From Paraspadella gotoi (taxonomy: Eukaryota > Animalia > Chaetognatha): DNA of 64,000 nt. The notes beneath the pieces are model-generated. The model was not told where the DNA came from and ran no database searches. It worked only from the letters and a program-made list of their open reading frames with translations. Made by a program: the position numbers and the translations under genes. Shown in pieces: positions 1 to 13,255 of the stretch. Location of the stretch: contig CM119267.1 of the NCBI GenBank assembly GCA_051294375.1, positions 21,025,755 to 21,089,754 on the forward strand, in the 5' to 3' direction. Position 1 is the stretch's first letter, and the number at the start of each line of letters is the position of its first letter.

Positions 1-380
1 TTTTTTTGTAAACCGTCTGTTTAAGATGTAAACAAAACTGGTACAGATTAAAAACGACGTGAAAACCATTTGAGCTATAAAAACAAAAAATTATGTAAAA
101 GATCAACAGAAGCCCCAAATCTGTTTCTAGACATTTGAAATTTTCATAAATTTATAATAATATATCCTAAATTGTTGACTTCCCCGCCGAAAATAAAAAA
201 AAAACATATCAAACTCGTAACACATAAAAAATTAAATGATATCATGATTCCTTTTAAATTTTACTTATTTCATCAGAAACGATGAAAAAACCCAGAAAAT
301 ATTTACCCCTACTTCCTTTTCCCGATCTTGGCAAAGGCGTCGGGAGAAACTCAGCTGTTTCGTTGGGAAAAGAGTCGTAC

Positions 381-627
381 GTGGGGACGAACCTTCTAGA
401 ACACGCAACCTGCGAGGTCAAACCACTTGACCTTACAAACCTTACCCTCGCTCATTTCCCCAACTTATTTAGATGGTCAAAACGGTTGACCTTTATGGTC
501 AAACGTTTGACCTTTGTAAATACCCATTGTATAGAACTTGCAGCTGAGCATTTTGACTGTTAATTGTTTAATAAACGTTGTTTGAAGAAATAAAATCATT
601 CTTACTCTGAAACTTGTGCGATCCACA
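381..627 (+). repeat. 5' LTR
   Basis: GTGGGGACGAAC...GCGATCCACA; aligns with 5965-6208 with mostly indel differences; contains AATAAA. Confidence 0.93.
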
Positions 628-630
628 ACG

Positions 631-647
631 TGGTGAGCCCGACGTGA
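631..647 (+). promoter_or_regulatory. Primer-binding site for tRNA-Trp
   Basis: TGGTGAGCCCGACGTGA lies 3 nt after the LTR and differs at one position from TGGTGACCCCGACGTGA, the complement of the eukaryotic tRNA-Trp 3' end. Confidence 0.88.
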
Positions 648-1020
648 AAAAAATAATAAAAAAGAACAAAAACGAAACAAAAAACAAAAACAAAAAAACA
701 AAAAGGAAAACTACTTCTCAACAAAATCGAAACAATACTCCGCCGCGATTGTCGCCGACCATTTTTAATTCAAACCATTTTTTTTTAAATTAATTTTTTA
801 TTAAATCGTTTTTTTGGCCCAACCTCCTTTTTTTTTTTTTTTTTTTTTCTCTCAAATTCTCATCGAATTCGAATCGTTTTTTTTTTGCCAATACAACTCT
901 CAAAACGAATATTTTTTAAATTCAATCATTTTTACTAAAAGCGAATCATACCCCTCTTTTTTTCAAAGGGCAAATTATTTTTTTTTTCAAGTGAAATAAT
1001 TTTTTTTTCTTTCATCTAAA

Positions 1021-4000
1021 TGCCGACCCGTTGTCATATCACCCAAGTGTCACCGCCTCCAACGGCCCCGCCGACGAAGAAGAAACGACGATGCCGGTGA
1101 CCACGGCAACGCCTCCCCAATCCGAACAGCGCCGGCCGCGACGACGCATTCCACGACGCCGCCGCCCTCGACATCCCGCGACGGCCCCTCGAAATGGCCA
1201 AATCGAAAACTGTTTCAAATGGTAATTCGACATCAAATACCAAACCTCGCCGCGGTCACGGAAAGGACGAATCTCCTTCAGGCGGACGCAAGTACGCTTC
1301 ACAACAGGAGTTGCCCCCTTCAGTGGAGGACGAGCGCCCAGCGACGCCGCCCCTGTGGGCAACACCTCAACCTCCCCGTCAGCAGCGGCGACAAGACGAC
1401 GAAACCCAAAGCTGACGACCTTTGACCCACGACCTACATCGAGGAATGGCTAGACCAACACGGCCGTGGAATTTGGCTGCACTGGCGTCACTGAGCCGCG
1501 GAAAGAGGCGCAGATCCTCAGCGCCATTCCCATCTCCCGTCATCCGGCTAATTCCACACGGTCTTCGCATCGACGAAGGTCCCGACGCTCACCAAGAATT
1601 CCTGCGTTTCTTTCACCTGCAGAAGTCTATGGTGAAGATGCCAACAGGCGCGTCCGCAAAGGCGTTGAAGAGTGACGTCGCCTGAGAGCGTCAGCTTCCA
1701 TCTCAACACCTCTCCGCGCTCGACGCCGTCCTGGAAGGCCTCACCATCGAAACGTCAAGGCCGCACATCTTGGCCGCCGCCATCCCTCAAAGCGTCAATG
1801 ACGAGCAACGCCGTCAGGAAAGGACAAAAAGCCCGCCGACATTTGCCAAGGATGCCCGACGCCGAGTTCTTTCTCCTTCTGGACAACTCCGCAGCTCAGA
1901 CCGCAACTCTCCTCGGTGAACGCCGTCACCTCCATTGAGACTACAAGTGGACGAAGCCAACTGGAGCTTCCAGACACGAATCGACAAAGCGACGACGACA
2001 ATGCCCCATAATCCTACGCGAACGCGGTACGACGACCGCCGCCGGACTCACACGCGCCCTGGCAAACAGCGCCCCATCACAACAGCGCCCAACGGCAGCA
2101 GCGCACACAGCAACAACGGCGCCCAATTTTGACACCCCCCACCCGCTTCCCCCAGCCACATCGGAACCGCCCATGGGCGAAAGCCAAGTGCTTCTAACCA
2201 TTAATAATTTTTGGCAAGTCCCAACGCACAGTGCCATGGGACGAACCGCGACGGCCGCGCCATAGCCCAATGGCGGTCAAACGCCAAACGACCGGCGGCC
2301 GCTAGTCGCCCGCGTCGCCGGCCGTAACGACTTCGAAGCTCCTTCTAGTGCGCGACCCGACGCCGGGCCTGGAGTGGCTCGTCGATGCCGGCTCCGAGGC
2401 AAGTCATTCCCGCTCCACACGCCGATCGCGCAGCCGCAAAAGCAGAACCCGCCGCAGGTCAAAGCGGCCGCTCGCTTGCTGCCAACGCCGCCGCCACTCG
2501 CGCCCGCCAAACGACACGCCCATCGAATCTTTCGGCATCCGAGAGATGGGGAAATTCGACTTGGGAACGGCGTTTTCCCGTATCTCGTCATCATCGCCGA
2601 TGTTTGCCAGCCCATATCTCGGTGCTGACTTTTTGATGGAGCACGCAATCGTTTCGGTGTCGATCATTCAGCGGCCGTATCCTTCTTGATCTCGACGACT
2701 ACATGTCATCTCTGGCCATGCTCACGACGCGCCCGCCACCGCGGCGCCGGCCAAACGCGTCCTGCAACGTCCGCGATGGACCATACTCTCACTTCTTGAT
2801 GGGACCAGAACTCCATCCAACCGTCCTTCACTTCGCCCCACCAAAGCATGGTGTCGAGCCATATATTCCGACGAAAGGTCCGCCCTTTTCGGCCGCGCCC
2901 GCCGCCTTGCCCCAGATCAGCTTCGCCGCCGCCAAGGCCGAGTTCGAGAAGATGCTGGACCGGCAATTATCCGAACGTCTAAATCCGCTTGGGGCGTCGC
3001 CGCTTACAGTCACCGCGGAAACCCGATGGCTCTCTCCGTCTTGTGCGATAATCGACGCCTCAACGCGTCCACCGTCGACGATCGCTAACCCGTTATCCGC
3101 CACCTCATGGACTTCACGCCACGACGTCCGCCGGGAAGACCGGTTTTTTCTCGAGATTGGACCTCTGCAAGGGATATCATCAGATCCCAGTCGCGACAAG
3201 AAGACGTACACAAACGGCGATCATCAACGCGTTCGGCCTCTTCTACGAATTTCTCTTCACGCCGTTTGGGTTGAAAAAACGCCGGCAGGATTTCCAACGC
3301 ATGATGGATCAAGTCCCTGAGCGGCATTCCCCCCTATGTCCTTCGTCTTACTTGGATGACCTGCTTGTGGCATCCCACTCACAGAGAACATCAAGAGGAT
3401 CTCAAGAAGTGTCTTCAAACGCGCTGCCGACAATGGCCTCATCGTTCAAACCGCGCGAAATGGTGTTTTTGGCGCCTCAGCCTGGAGTTTCTCGGCTAAC
3501 AACGTCGACAAGATGGCGTCCGCCCCCTTTCCGTCGAACGGTAGAGCACTTACGCGAGATGGCCACGCCAACCACCGTCAAAGAACTTCAACGTTTTCTT
3601 GGGGTCTTCAAAATACTAACCGCCGATTCGCCCCACGCCGCAGCATCCATCTTGACCCCTTCTTGAGAGTTCTCCGCGAAAACCGCGCATGGCTAAAATG
3701 GGCGCCCCGCAAGACGCCGCTTTCCAGGCAATCCAGGACGCCCTTGCCGACTCCACATGCTGGTTCCATCCTAATCGACGGCGTCACTTCGCTCTTACTT
3801 GTCGACGCCCTCGACGTCGCCGTCGGCGCCCGTCCTGAACAGCTTCGTCGACGGCCGTGGCAGCCCTGGGTTTTCATTCAAAAGCCACTGAAACCCAATT
3901 CAACGAAAATTGGCCCACCCTTCGACAAGGAGCTTCTTGGCCGCCCCACGCTCAAATTCGCCATTTCCGCCCATACGTTGAAGGACGCGCTTCTACGCTT

Positions 4001-5809
4001 TTTAGCGACAATATCTCGGCTTGTGGCCGGCACTACGGAAAAGGCCGAACCTCACACACCATGAGGCAACCTACCAACTGGCGGGCATTGCCGAATAATA
4101 CCGGCGACCACTCCGTCATATCGGCCGAAAGGCGAACGGTCGTTGCCGACGCCCCTTTTCCCGCCCGCCAAACTCCCGCCACGCAGCGCCAGCCACATCG
4201 ACAACCCCTACAGATCGACCTATGCAACTTGAACGCCCAAAAAAGAGCGTGAAGACATTGCTGCCACCTGTCAATGCCGTCGGTGCCTCCAGTCAACTTT
4301 GAAGGCAATGGCGACTGATCAAGCCACCGGGACCGACGACGTCCACGTCTTTCAAACGAGCCCCCATACGGCGCTCCCGTCTCAAAAACATCCCGATCAG
4401 CAACACGACGCTCATTGCGACGTCTCGGCTCCCCGGTGCACGCCCACTCGTCCGGCGTCATGGCGGCGACGTGTTTTTGACAGCCAACCCATGGCAGTCG
4501 CTCACCCGGAGTTCGCGCATACCCAAAAGCTTGTGACGAAACGCGTTTTGTATGCCATACAGCAATCGTCCCCGACATCCGCAACGATGGGTCGTCATGC
4601 GACACCTGTCAGCGCGCCAAAACTCAAGCGCCAATGTCCAGCGCCCCTCCTCCAGAGTTTCGAACCCACCCACGTCTAAACGCTTCGCAACCCGTGCATA
4701 TTGGGAATCTGGTGGGGCCCGCTGCCAGCCGTCTCTGGTCAACACTCATCTTTTAACTATGAATTGACCGCTTTACGGCGATGGCCAGAGGCCGGCGCCT
4801 CTCCGTGACACTCCGCCGCCCTCCCGTCGCCGCTGCATTCTTACAAAACTGGGTCCTCGTCGTTTTGGCGTCCCTTCCGTCGCACCAGCACGATCGTGGC
4901 GGCCCAATTCCATCGAATTGTGGCGCCAAGTGGCGCGGTAGTCCGGCTTTGACCCTTCCACGACGACAGCCTACCACCCCCAATCCAACGGGATGGTAAG
5001 ACGCCTTCATCGGACGTAAAAGCGGCCTTACCGCGCTTCCGCTGCGACGCCGCCGGAAAATAACTGGTTGGCCCGCACTTCCTTGGGACTCTCTTTGAGT
5101 CTCCCGCCAACTCCCGCAGAAGATTGGACCCGCTCCGCTGAATTAACGCTGGGTGGAGACGCTGACGCTCCCTGGTGAGCTACTTCCGGGTCCGACAACC
5201 GACGTCGACGGCCGCCGCCCGTTTCGCGAATCCTCGACGATCTCCGTGCAGATGTTGCCATCATGCCACCTCTGGCCCGCCGCTTGGCAATGCGGCGCCT
5301 GCCTCTCACATCCCGGAAACCGCTCACTGACGCCAACCGCGTCTGAAGTCCGACGCGACGGATACATTCGACGCCAACTTCAACCGCCTTACGACGGCCC
5401 TTACAATGTCCGCGACAACGTGGCCCAAAAACCTTTCAAAAAATCGAAATACCAGGCCGCGGCGTTGAAAGTTATTTCCGTTGATCGAACTGAAAACCCT
5501 GCCGTCACCGACGAAGCCGCACCTCCTGATCGCACCGCAGGCGCGACCACACGTGGTCGCGCCGCGTCTGTCAACAGCGGCACCACTCGACGACGTCAAC
5601 GAGAAGTCGCACCCGCCCGATCCAACCGCAAGGCGCGACCACATGGTCCCGCGCCGCGTATCTCAGCAGCCCCGCCTATGGAGAACGGGAAAGCGCGCCA
5701 ACCGACAGGCGCGACCACGTGGTCGCCCGCGCGGCCGCCTCTGCGTCCGCCAGCGTCACGCCTCCAGAACGGAAGCGGCGCCACTCGCGTTTTCCATGAC
5801 GCCGCATAG
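1021..5809 (+). CDS. gag-pol polyprotein, frameshifted in this consensus; start and end approximate
   Basis: Degenerate C-x2-H zinc-knuckle start near 2190; protease WLVDAGSEAS (~2375); RT DLCKGYHQIPV (3160) and YLDDLLVAS (~3350); TVKELQRFLG; RNase H VDALDVAVGA (~3800); integrase TTAYHPQSNGMV (~4962) and LQPPYDGPY GPY/F motif (~5380). Confidence 0.9.
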
Positions 5810-5954
5810 TTTTCTCTCGACAATCTTCGTCAATCCCTGGTCTTATCAGCATACTTCCGACGATGCTTCAACCGGCCGGAAGACCGACGAACGAAACGAC
5901 GAACGCAATTCCAATAAACTCTTTTCAAGCCTTCTCCCACCCGGTCAAAGGCTT

Positions 5955-5964
5955 GGTGGGGGGA
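5955..5964 (+). promoter_or_regulatory. Polypurine tract
   Basis: GGTGGGGGGA directly before the TG start of the 3' LTR. Confidence 0.85.
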
Positions 5965-6208
5965 TGTGTGGACGAACATTCTAAGACACGCAACCTCGGT
6001 CAAACCACTTGGACCTTACAACCTTAACCCTCGCTCATTTCCCAACTTATTTATGGTCAAAAAGGTTGACCTTTAATGGTCAAACGTTGACCTTTGTAAA
6101 TTTTACCATTGTAAATAGACTTAGCAAAATCTGAGCCATTTGACTGTTATTGTTTATAACGTTGTTGAAGATAAATCATTCTACTTCTGAAACTTGTTGC
6201 GTCCCACA
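5965..6208 (+). repeat. 3' LTR
   Basis: TGTGTGGACG...CGTCCCACA (TG...CA ends, imperfect terminal inverted repeat), followed by the GTAC TSD. Confidence 0.93.
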
Positions 6209-7865
6209 GTACTTACCGTAAAGCGGATTTTTGGATTACATCGAGAGAGAGAGAGAGAGAGAAGGAGAGAGAGAGAAGAGAGAGGAGAGAGAGGAGAGAG
6301 AGAGAGAGAGAGAGGCGTGTCGGTGTGAGTGCGTGAACTGTGATGGAGGAGGCGTGAAGAATGTCGTCGGGCAACGCGTTTAAAAGCTAAACGTCCATTA
6401 GGATTCTGCCTTTTTTTTTTTGCAAGCCCAAAACCTAAAGTGCGGGACCGAATAATTATGTTGAGGAATAACTATCGATTTCTGAGGTTTTGTATTAGTT
6501 TTTTTTTTTTTTTATTTTTTTAAAAAAATTCAGTCCAGTCTGTCAGTCTGGTAGTATGTCTGTCCAATCGGTCTGTCCACTTATGTTAAAAATGCTTATA
6601 ACTTGCATAATAGTTGGTTGCTCATTTTTTAAGATAGAAAAAATACCCAAATCTAAAGGCACTGCCGCGCCGCCTTCAGAAAATAAAAGACAAACAGCAA
6701 AAGCAATTCCGATGCAATTCTTATCAATAAATACGGTAGTCATAAAGTCAACAAGAAACACGCGCGATGAGGCGTCACTGCGGCGCAACACAATTGAATT
6801 ACCGTTCCTCGTTTTTAGTATTGTTTCCTTTTTCTTTCATAATTTTTTCCCCTTCTCCAACTATTTTCTCCCTTTCCTCCTTTTTTTTCCAATTCCTCCC
6901 TCCCGCCCCCCCCGATTTCATCTTCGTGAGCTCACTCCACGCCCCCCCCCACCTCTCCAAACGCGCCAGGGAATCCCGGGAATCCCGGGATTCAAGGTCG
7001 TATCTCTCTCAACAATTTCCCTTTTCCCCCAATCAATCTAATTCTTACCCCCTAAATCTTCCCCTCTTTTCTCCAAATCTCTGCAATCTCTTCCAAATCT
7101 TTCCTTCTCCGCCCAATCACTCCAAATCGTTTCTCCCAAATCTTTCCTTCTCGCCCCAAATCACTCCCAAGCTTTCGCCCTAAATCCTTCACCCCCCCTT
7201 ACTCTCGCCAAAATCCCCTTAATCGGCATCGATTCCATCCCGGATTCTCGTGGATTCCATCTCTGGATTCTCTTCGCTCGATTGTCAGTCGCGATCCTGG
7301 GATTAAGACGCTTCGTCGCCTCAGGTGAAGTGGTGGGGGGAAAGGAGAAAGAAGATAATGAATATGACATAAAAGATGGTGAAAATGAGGTAAAAGACGG
7401 GAAAATGGGGTAAAAAATGGCGTAAATGAAGCAAAAATATGAGAAAACTTGTGACAAAATCTCCATAATTAGTGAAAAGTTTATGATGGTGATACTATCG
7501 TAGGAAAATAAGGTGAAAATCGCGTCAGAGGTAGAAAAATACAATTAACTTTCGGGAAAGTAACTTTAAAAGAGAGTAAGGATTTAATAAAAGATAAAAT
7601 ATAAGGCACCTAAAAGGTTATCAAATTGAGACGAGAATTAGAGAAGAGTAACTGATAATAGGGTTTAAAAACATACAAGCTTCCAAAAAAAGTTTTTTTA
7701 AAAAAAAATGTGAGAATGACTAAAAATATTTTTTTTTAAATAAAAATTTATTCAACGGGTAATAAAGAATACGAATTTCGTGATTTCGAGGGGGGAAAAT
7801 TTGGTTGTCGTCGACATCAACTAAAAGATCAACTTTTACATCAACGCGAACCGCTGCAATGTCAG

Positions 7866-8080
7866 TCGACTTGACTTCTTCACCGTCAGATCACCTCACT
7901 TCCCCTTCTCTCTCCCCCTTTAGTCAGTCAGTCAGTCAGTCAGTCAGTCTACTTGACTTCTTCACCGTCAGATCACCTCACTTCCCCTTTTCTCTCCCCC
8001 CTTTAATCAGTCAGTCTACTTGATTTTTTTTATAGTCAGATCACCTCACTTCCCCTTCTCTCTCTCTCTCCCCTTTAGTC
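7866..8080. repeat. Minisatellite, ~3 copies of a 70-80-bp unit
   Basis: ACTTGACTTCTTCACCGTCAGATCACCTCACTTCCCCTT...TTTAGTCAGTC recurs three times. Confidence 0.85.
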
Positions 8081-8226
8081 ACTATGTCGTTCTCTCGCTC
8101 TCTCGCGCTTCTCATCATCTCTTTCACGCATCTCCCCAGCAACCCCCCCAAACCCATGCAATCACCAGTTTTCACATCAATCGCCATTTATATCTTTTTC
8201 TTCCTCATATTTGCCACATCCTTTCA

Positions 8227-8285
<59 letters not shown>

Positions 8286-9944
8286 TTTGTCTCTCTTCAC
8301 TTAATCCCCATATTCCTTTCTCTCCAATTCGTCTCCTCTTCTCTTCCTCCTCCTCCTCCTCCTCATTCACCAGCTCTGGGTTCCGAATCAATTTTCTCCT
8401 TCTCTCGGGTCGGGGCCTCGAAGAAGACTTTATTTGGGGAGAGGGAGATAGAGAGGGAGAGGGTGAGAGAAGTAACGAGGAAGAGAGAGCGAAAGACGGA
8501 GAAAGAGTCGTATCTGAGGGTGAGGTTTTCAAAATGGCGGTGAGAATTATGTTGCATGAGGGGAAGTAAGGAATTATTTTGAAATGTGATACTTAGGTCA
8601 GTCACTTTGAGGTCATAAGAAGTGGCATTCGGTTGCCGGGGGTCAATTAAAGGCTTCGAAAGTTTACCGTCAAAGTTAATAGGCCTATTTTACTATTCGG
8701 CATTCGGCTGCTAATATTTTTTTGTTTCAATCGTGTTGAAAAAAAAAAATTTAGTCGATGCGCGGTATGAATATTCAATGCTGCTGGGGAGGTTGGAGGT
8801 ATTAATGCTAAACTTGAATGAGTCGCTTTTTAGTTATGGAAAAGGGTTAAAAGGGAGCACGGAAAGAAGGAGGATATAACAAGGATCAATGGTATAGAAT
8901 AAGTGAGGCAATATATTCTTTTTATTAATACCAAAAAAAGTATGGACGAAATCAGAAACAGTATCAGTGTAAAAGACTAGAAAACGGGGAAAAATAGGAA
9001 GAAAGGTATTTTTTTTTAGGAAGAAAGGTAGATTATAACTGTACTAATAATAGAATTTAAAAAAAAGAGAAAAAAAACGAAAACAGGCGATACTACATCC
9101 AAAGGATAGGTAACTGAAGAAATACTGGAAAGAGAAAAAGTTGTAGAAGAAAACGAAATAAAAAAGAAAACGAAAGAAAAAGAGAAAAAAGAAAAGAAAA
9201 CGAGAGGGAGAGAAAGCAGAAACTTATCCTCGCTCCGAGTTTGAACTATTCTTTACCCTCGGAGGTGAAGGAACGACCGGATTATGCAAATGAGTTCGAG
9301 AACGAGGGAAAAATCGACCGAGAGGCAAAATAAACAAATGAACAACGAATGATGTGTGTTTGAAACGAAGACATTTTGCTCACAAACGTTGGGAGTTATA
9401 AAAAAAAAAAACTAGGTTCTTGGATTTTAAATTATAAAAATTACAGTAATCATTGTTTTTATTTATTTGTTTGAGTAAAATAATTTATACTTTTTTGTTT
9501 CTTTGATTCTTTTTCTTTGCGTCTTCTTTCCTTCTTTCTGTATTCTTTCTTTCTTTTCTTTCTTTCTTTCTTTCTTTCTTTTCTTTCTTTTTTTCTTTTT
9601 TTCTTTCTTTCTTTCTTTCTTTTTCTTTCTTTCTTTCCTTAGTTCTTTCCTTTTCTCGTTCTTTCTTTCTTTCCATCTTTCTGTCTCCGATTCTATTTTC
9701 CGCTCATCATTTTTCTTTCTTTCCCTAATTTTAATTTTAACGACTTTGATTTTGCTGCCAAGATTTTGAATTCGCCCTTCGGCGAAAAAAACAAAACAAA
9801 TAGAGGAAAACGGAAAGAAAAAAAAACAATTTGGAAAAAACAAAACAACTAAAAAAAGAAAACAAGGATTTAGAGAATAAGAAAATAACTGAAATTAAAA
9901 AAGATAACTGACGATGAAAACAATTCCCAAACATTGATTCCCAC

Positions 9945-10025
9945 TGATAATCAGGGAGTGAATAGACTAGACGGTGAGTGTTGAATTGAAAGTTTGCAGA
10001 GACCTGCAAAATTGTTATCTGAAAT
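9945..10025 (-). repeat. Dispersed repeat family A, fragment
   Basis: Reverse complement GCAGGTCTCTGCAAACTTTCAATTCAACACTCACCGTCTAGTCTATTCACTCCC resembles 63027-63083. Confidence 0.65.
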
Positions 10026-10447
10026 TTAAGATGTTATAAAAACACTATTTTAATTTTTTTTTAAATCACTATGCGACACAAAACGTAATGAATTAAAATG
10101 CAAATCAGAAAAACAAACATCTAAAAAGGAAATTGAGATTAAACCCCCGAAAAATGGCCCAACAAAAAAATTCAATTAAAAAAAAATTAGACAAAGCGAA
10201 AAAAAAATATCATTTAAAAAAAAATTAGACAAAGCGAAAAAAAATATCATTCGGGATTCGCGAATAACAAAAACGTAAGACAAAATAAAATCGTAAAATG
10301 GAAAAAAACAAAAGGCAGAAAAAACAGCAAAGCCAAAAATAGAATAAAAAAAGCGAGAAAAAAAGAGGAAGGAATTTTTTTTTCACGAACTCCTGTTATG
10401 CAAATTTCTTCAGAATTGCTTAGTCGTCGTTTTTCTTGTCGTCGTCG

Positions 10448-10479
<32 letters not shown>

Positions 10480-11404
10480 GTAATGAGGTCGCTATCGCTT
10501 TTGGTTACCGTCAGATGGCGAAGAGAAAACAAAAGACAACCTGGCGTCGAATCAGAAAGGCGAGGGCGTCGGTGGCCTCGTCTTGATTGGCGTCTTTGTT
10601 GCTGTTGTTGTTGTGGTTGTCACTTCCCGGAAGATTTCAGTAATCGAGGTAGTCGTCGTCGTCGTCGTTTTCATCGTTCGGGCTTCTTCGTCGTCGTCCT
10701 CGTCCGTCTTTTTTCTCAGGGCTGACTGGCAAATTTCGATGCTAAACGAATTGGGCAAGGAAGTCCGACAAGTGACGGCTCGACGCGGAGGGAGAGAGAG
10801 ATAGAGAGAGAGAGAGACGAGACGAGAGCAAGAGAGAGCAAGAGAGACGAGACGAGAGAGAGAGAGAGAGAGAGAGAGCAGAGAGAGAGAGTGTGAAGGA
10901 GTGACAGAGTGAAAGAAGAGAAAGGGAAAGAGAGAAAATTGGGTAAAGTTAGAAAAAAATGACAAAAAAATAGTAATAGAAGAAAAAAATATCACAAGAA
11001 AATATAAAACGAAAGATAAAAAGCAAGAAGGAAAAACAAATTGAAAGAATGAAAGAAAAACTTAAAGAAAACAGATAGAAAGATGAAAAGAAAGAAGCGG
11101 AGAAAGAAAGAAAGAAAATTAGCGAAAGTGAGAACGAAAGAAAGTAAGAAAGAAAGAAGGAAAAAAAATAAAGAAAGAAGGAAAGAAAGAAAGAACTTTA
11201 AAAAATTAAAATTCATGAATTTTTAGTTTCTAAATGTGGCTTTAGACGAAAAAGAAAAAACTGGTGTGGAAACCGATTCAAAATTCCATCAATGGTTATT
11301 TTCGTTCCTTTAGCGACGCCATAACAGTAAAAAATCGTCCTCTGAGCAGATTCGACCATTATCTGTCAGATCTTAATAGTCGGGGGTGGGCACATGGGTG
11401 AAGT

Positions 11405-11438
<34 letters not shown>

Positions 11439-13057
11439 NNNNNNNNNNNNNNNNNNNNNNNNNNNNNNNNNNNNNNNNNNNNNNNNNNNNNNNNNNNNNN
11501 NNNNNNNNNNNNNNNNNNNNNNNNNNNNNNNNNNNNNNNNNNNNNNNNNNNNNNNNNNNNNNNNNNNNNNNNNNNNNNNNNNNNNNNNNNNNNNNNNNNN
11601 NNNNNNNNNNNNNNNNNNNNNNNNNNNNNNNNNNNNNNNNNNNNNNNNNNNNNNNNNNNNNNNNNNNNNNNNNNNNNNNNNNNNNNNNNNNNNNNNNNNN
11701 NNNNNNNNNNNNNNNNNNNNNNNNNNNNNNNNNNNNNNNNNGGTGCGCGATATCCACTTCGCAATTTAAATTTAAGCTAAAAAAAGAAAGAAGTAAAAGA
11801 AAAAGAGGAAAAATAAAAATATGGAATTTTTGGGTTGAAAAAAAAAATTTGGTTTAGGAGTAACACTTAGAAGAAAGGAACTTTTTCTACTTCTACAATC
11901 ATTTTCTGATTCCGTTTCCAGTGAAGAAAAAATATGTAAATTGGGCATATGTGGAGAAGATGCTTTTTATTCTGGAAATGAAATTATGGATGGGATGTCT
12001 TGAAGCGGTAAAACGCTCTCTTGATAAAAAAAAGAAAGAAAAAAAAGATAGAAAGAAAGAAAGAACGAAAAAAANNNNNNNNNNNNNNNNNNNNNNNNNT
12101 CTCTCTATCTCTCTCTCTCCTCTCTCCCTCTCTCGTCCTCTCTCGTTGCCTCTCCTCTCGATCTCTCTTCTCTCTCATACTCTCTCTCTCTCTCTCTCTC
12201 ACTATACTTTCGCATCATTCGGTCCCTTCATCGGCCCCTCGCTCAAAAAATGATTGAAAAGGCCTCAAGATCAAACCCTCTCTCCTCTCTCTCATCTCTT
12301 CTCTCTCTCTCATTCTCTCCTACTCTTCTCTCTCTCTCTCCTCTCCTCACTCTCATCTCTCTCTCTCATCTTCTCTCTTCTCTCTCCTCTTTCGTCAATG
12401 TCCGTCGGTGATGGAACTTTTGGAACGCGTCTTTTTGTTTTTTTGCGATGGAACCGGTCGTCGGCGTCCCGTGATGGAATCTGTAGTTATCGTCCAACTT
12501 CGTCGTCGTGAAAGAAGCTAAAGGAGTCGTTGTCGCTGGAGAGAGAATTGATCGCGGGTGGCTGGAGAATTGATGGTGAACACTTGATAGGAGAAGATAA
12601 GGGGGAATGGAGGACAGCCCTGAGACAAGGTTGGATGGAGAAAAAGAGAAAAATGGGTTGGGGCATCGAAGCTGGAGTAAACCTGGGAAACATTGAATGG
12701 AGAGAATGGAAAAGGTTAAGAAGGATCGCAGGAAGAAAGGCTGGAGAGTGGGGAATTTATTGAGAAATGAGGGAAGAATAGATGGATATATTGGCGATTG
12801 ATTGGATTAGCTGGTGGAAAGATTTAATTCTTGTTGAAAGCAGAAGTAAATCCAGTCAATCTTTGCCGTCGCTAGTCCAACGTTTTTTTTTTATTTAAAG
12901 AAAAGAAGAAAAAAGTAAATGTCAACTGTATACTAGAAATTATTTAATTAGATTATTTAAAGTAAACGGCATTAAATCGATTTTTTTTTCTTTTATGGAA
13001 GAAGCTGCTTTCAGAAGGTGCGACGAATATTGACAGATGACGATGATGAACAGTAAC

Positions 13058-13255
13058 GCCTTTGCCTTCGCCCTTAGCCTTCGCCTTCGCCTTTAAGCCT
13101 TGTGGCCTTCGCCTTTAGGCCTTCGCCTTCGGCTCCTTTAGCCTTCGCCTTCGCCCTTAGCCTCGCCTTCGCCTTAGGCCTTCGCCTTCGCCCTTAGCCT
13201 TCGCCTATCGCCCTTATGCCTTCGCCTTCGCCCTTAGCCATTCGCCTTACGCCCG
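13058..13255. repeat. GCCTTC-based minisatellite (~19-bp unit GCCTTCGCCTTCGCCCTTA)
   Basis: About 10 degenerate tandem copies; a (CCGA)-rich tract follows at 13345-13485. Confidence 0.85.

Larger units (their letters stand above)
381..6208 (+). mobile_element. Full-length Ty3/gypsy LTR retrotransposon, probably CsRN1 clade
   Basis: Two ~245-bp direct LTRs (381-627, 5965-6208); GTAC on both flanks (377-380, 6209-6212); PBS and PPT present; PR, RT, RNase H and IN motifs in gypsy order. Confidence 0.95.

Noticed and set aside
1021-5809. Programmed frameshifting or an unusual genetic code in the retroelement
   Set aside because: The frameshifts are numerous and random and match the indel noise between the LTRs; the host genes translate cleanly in the standard code.
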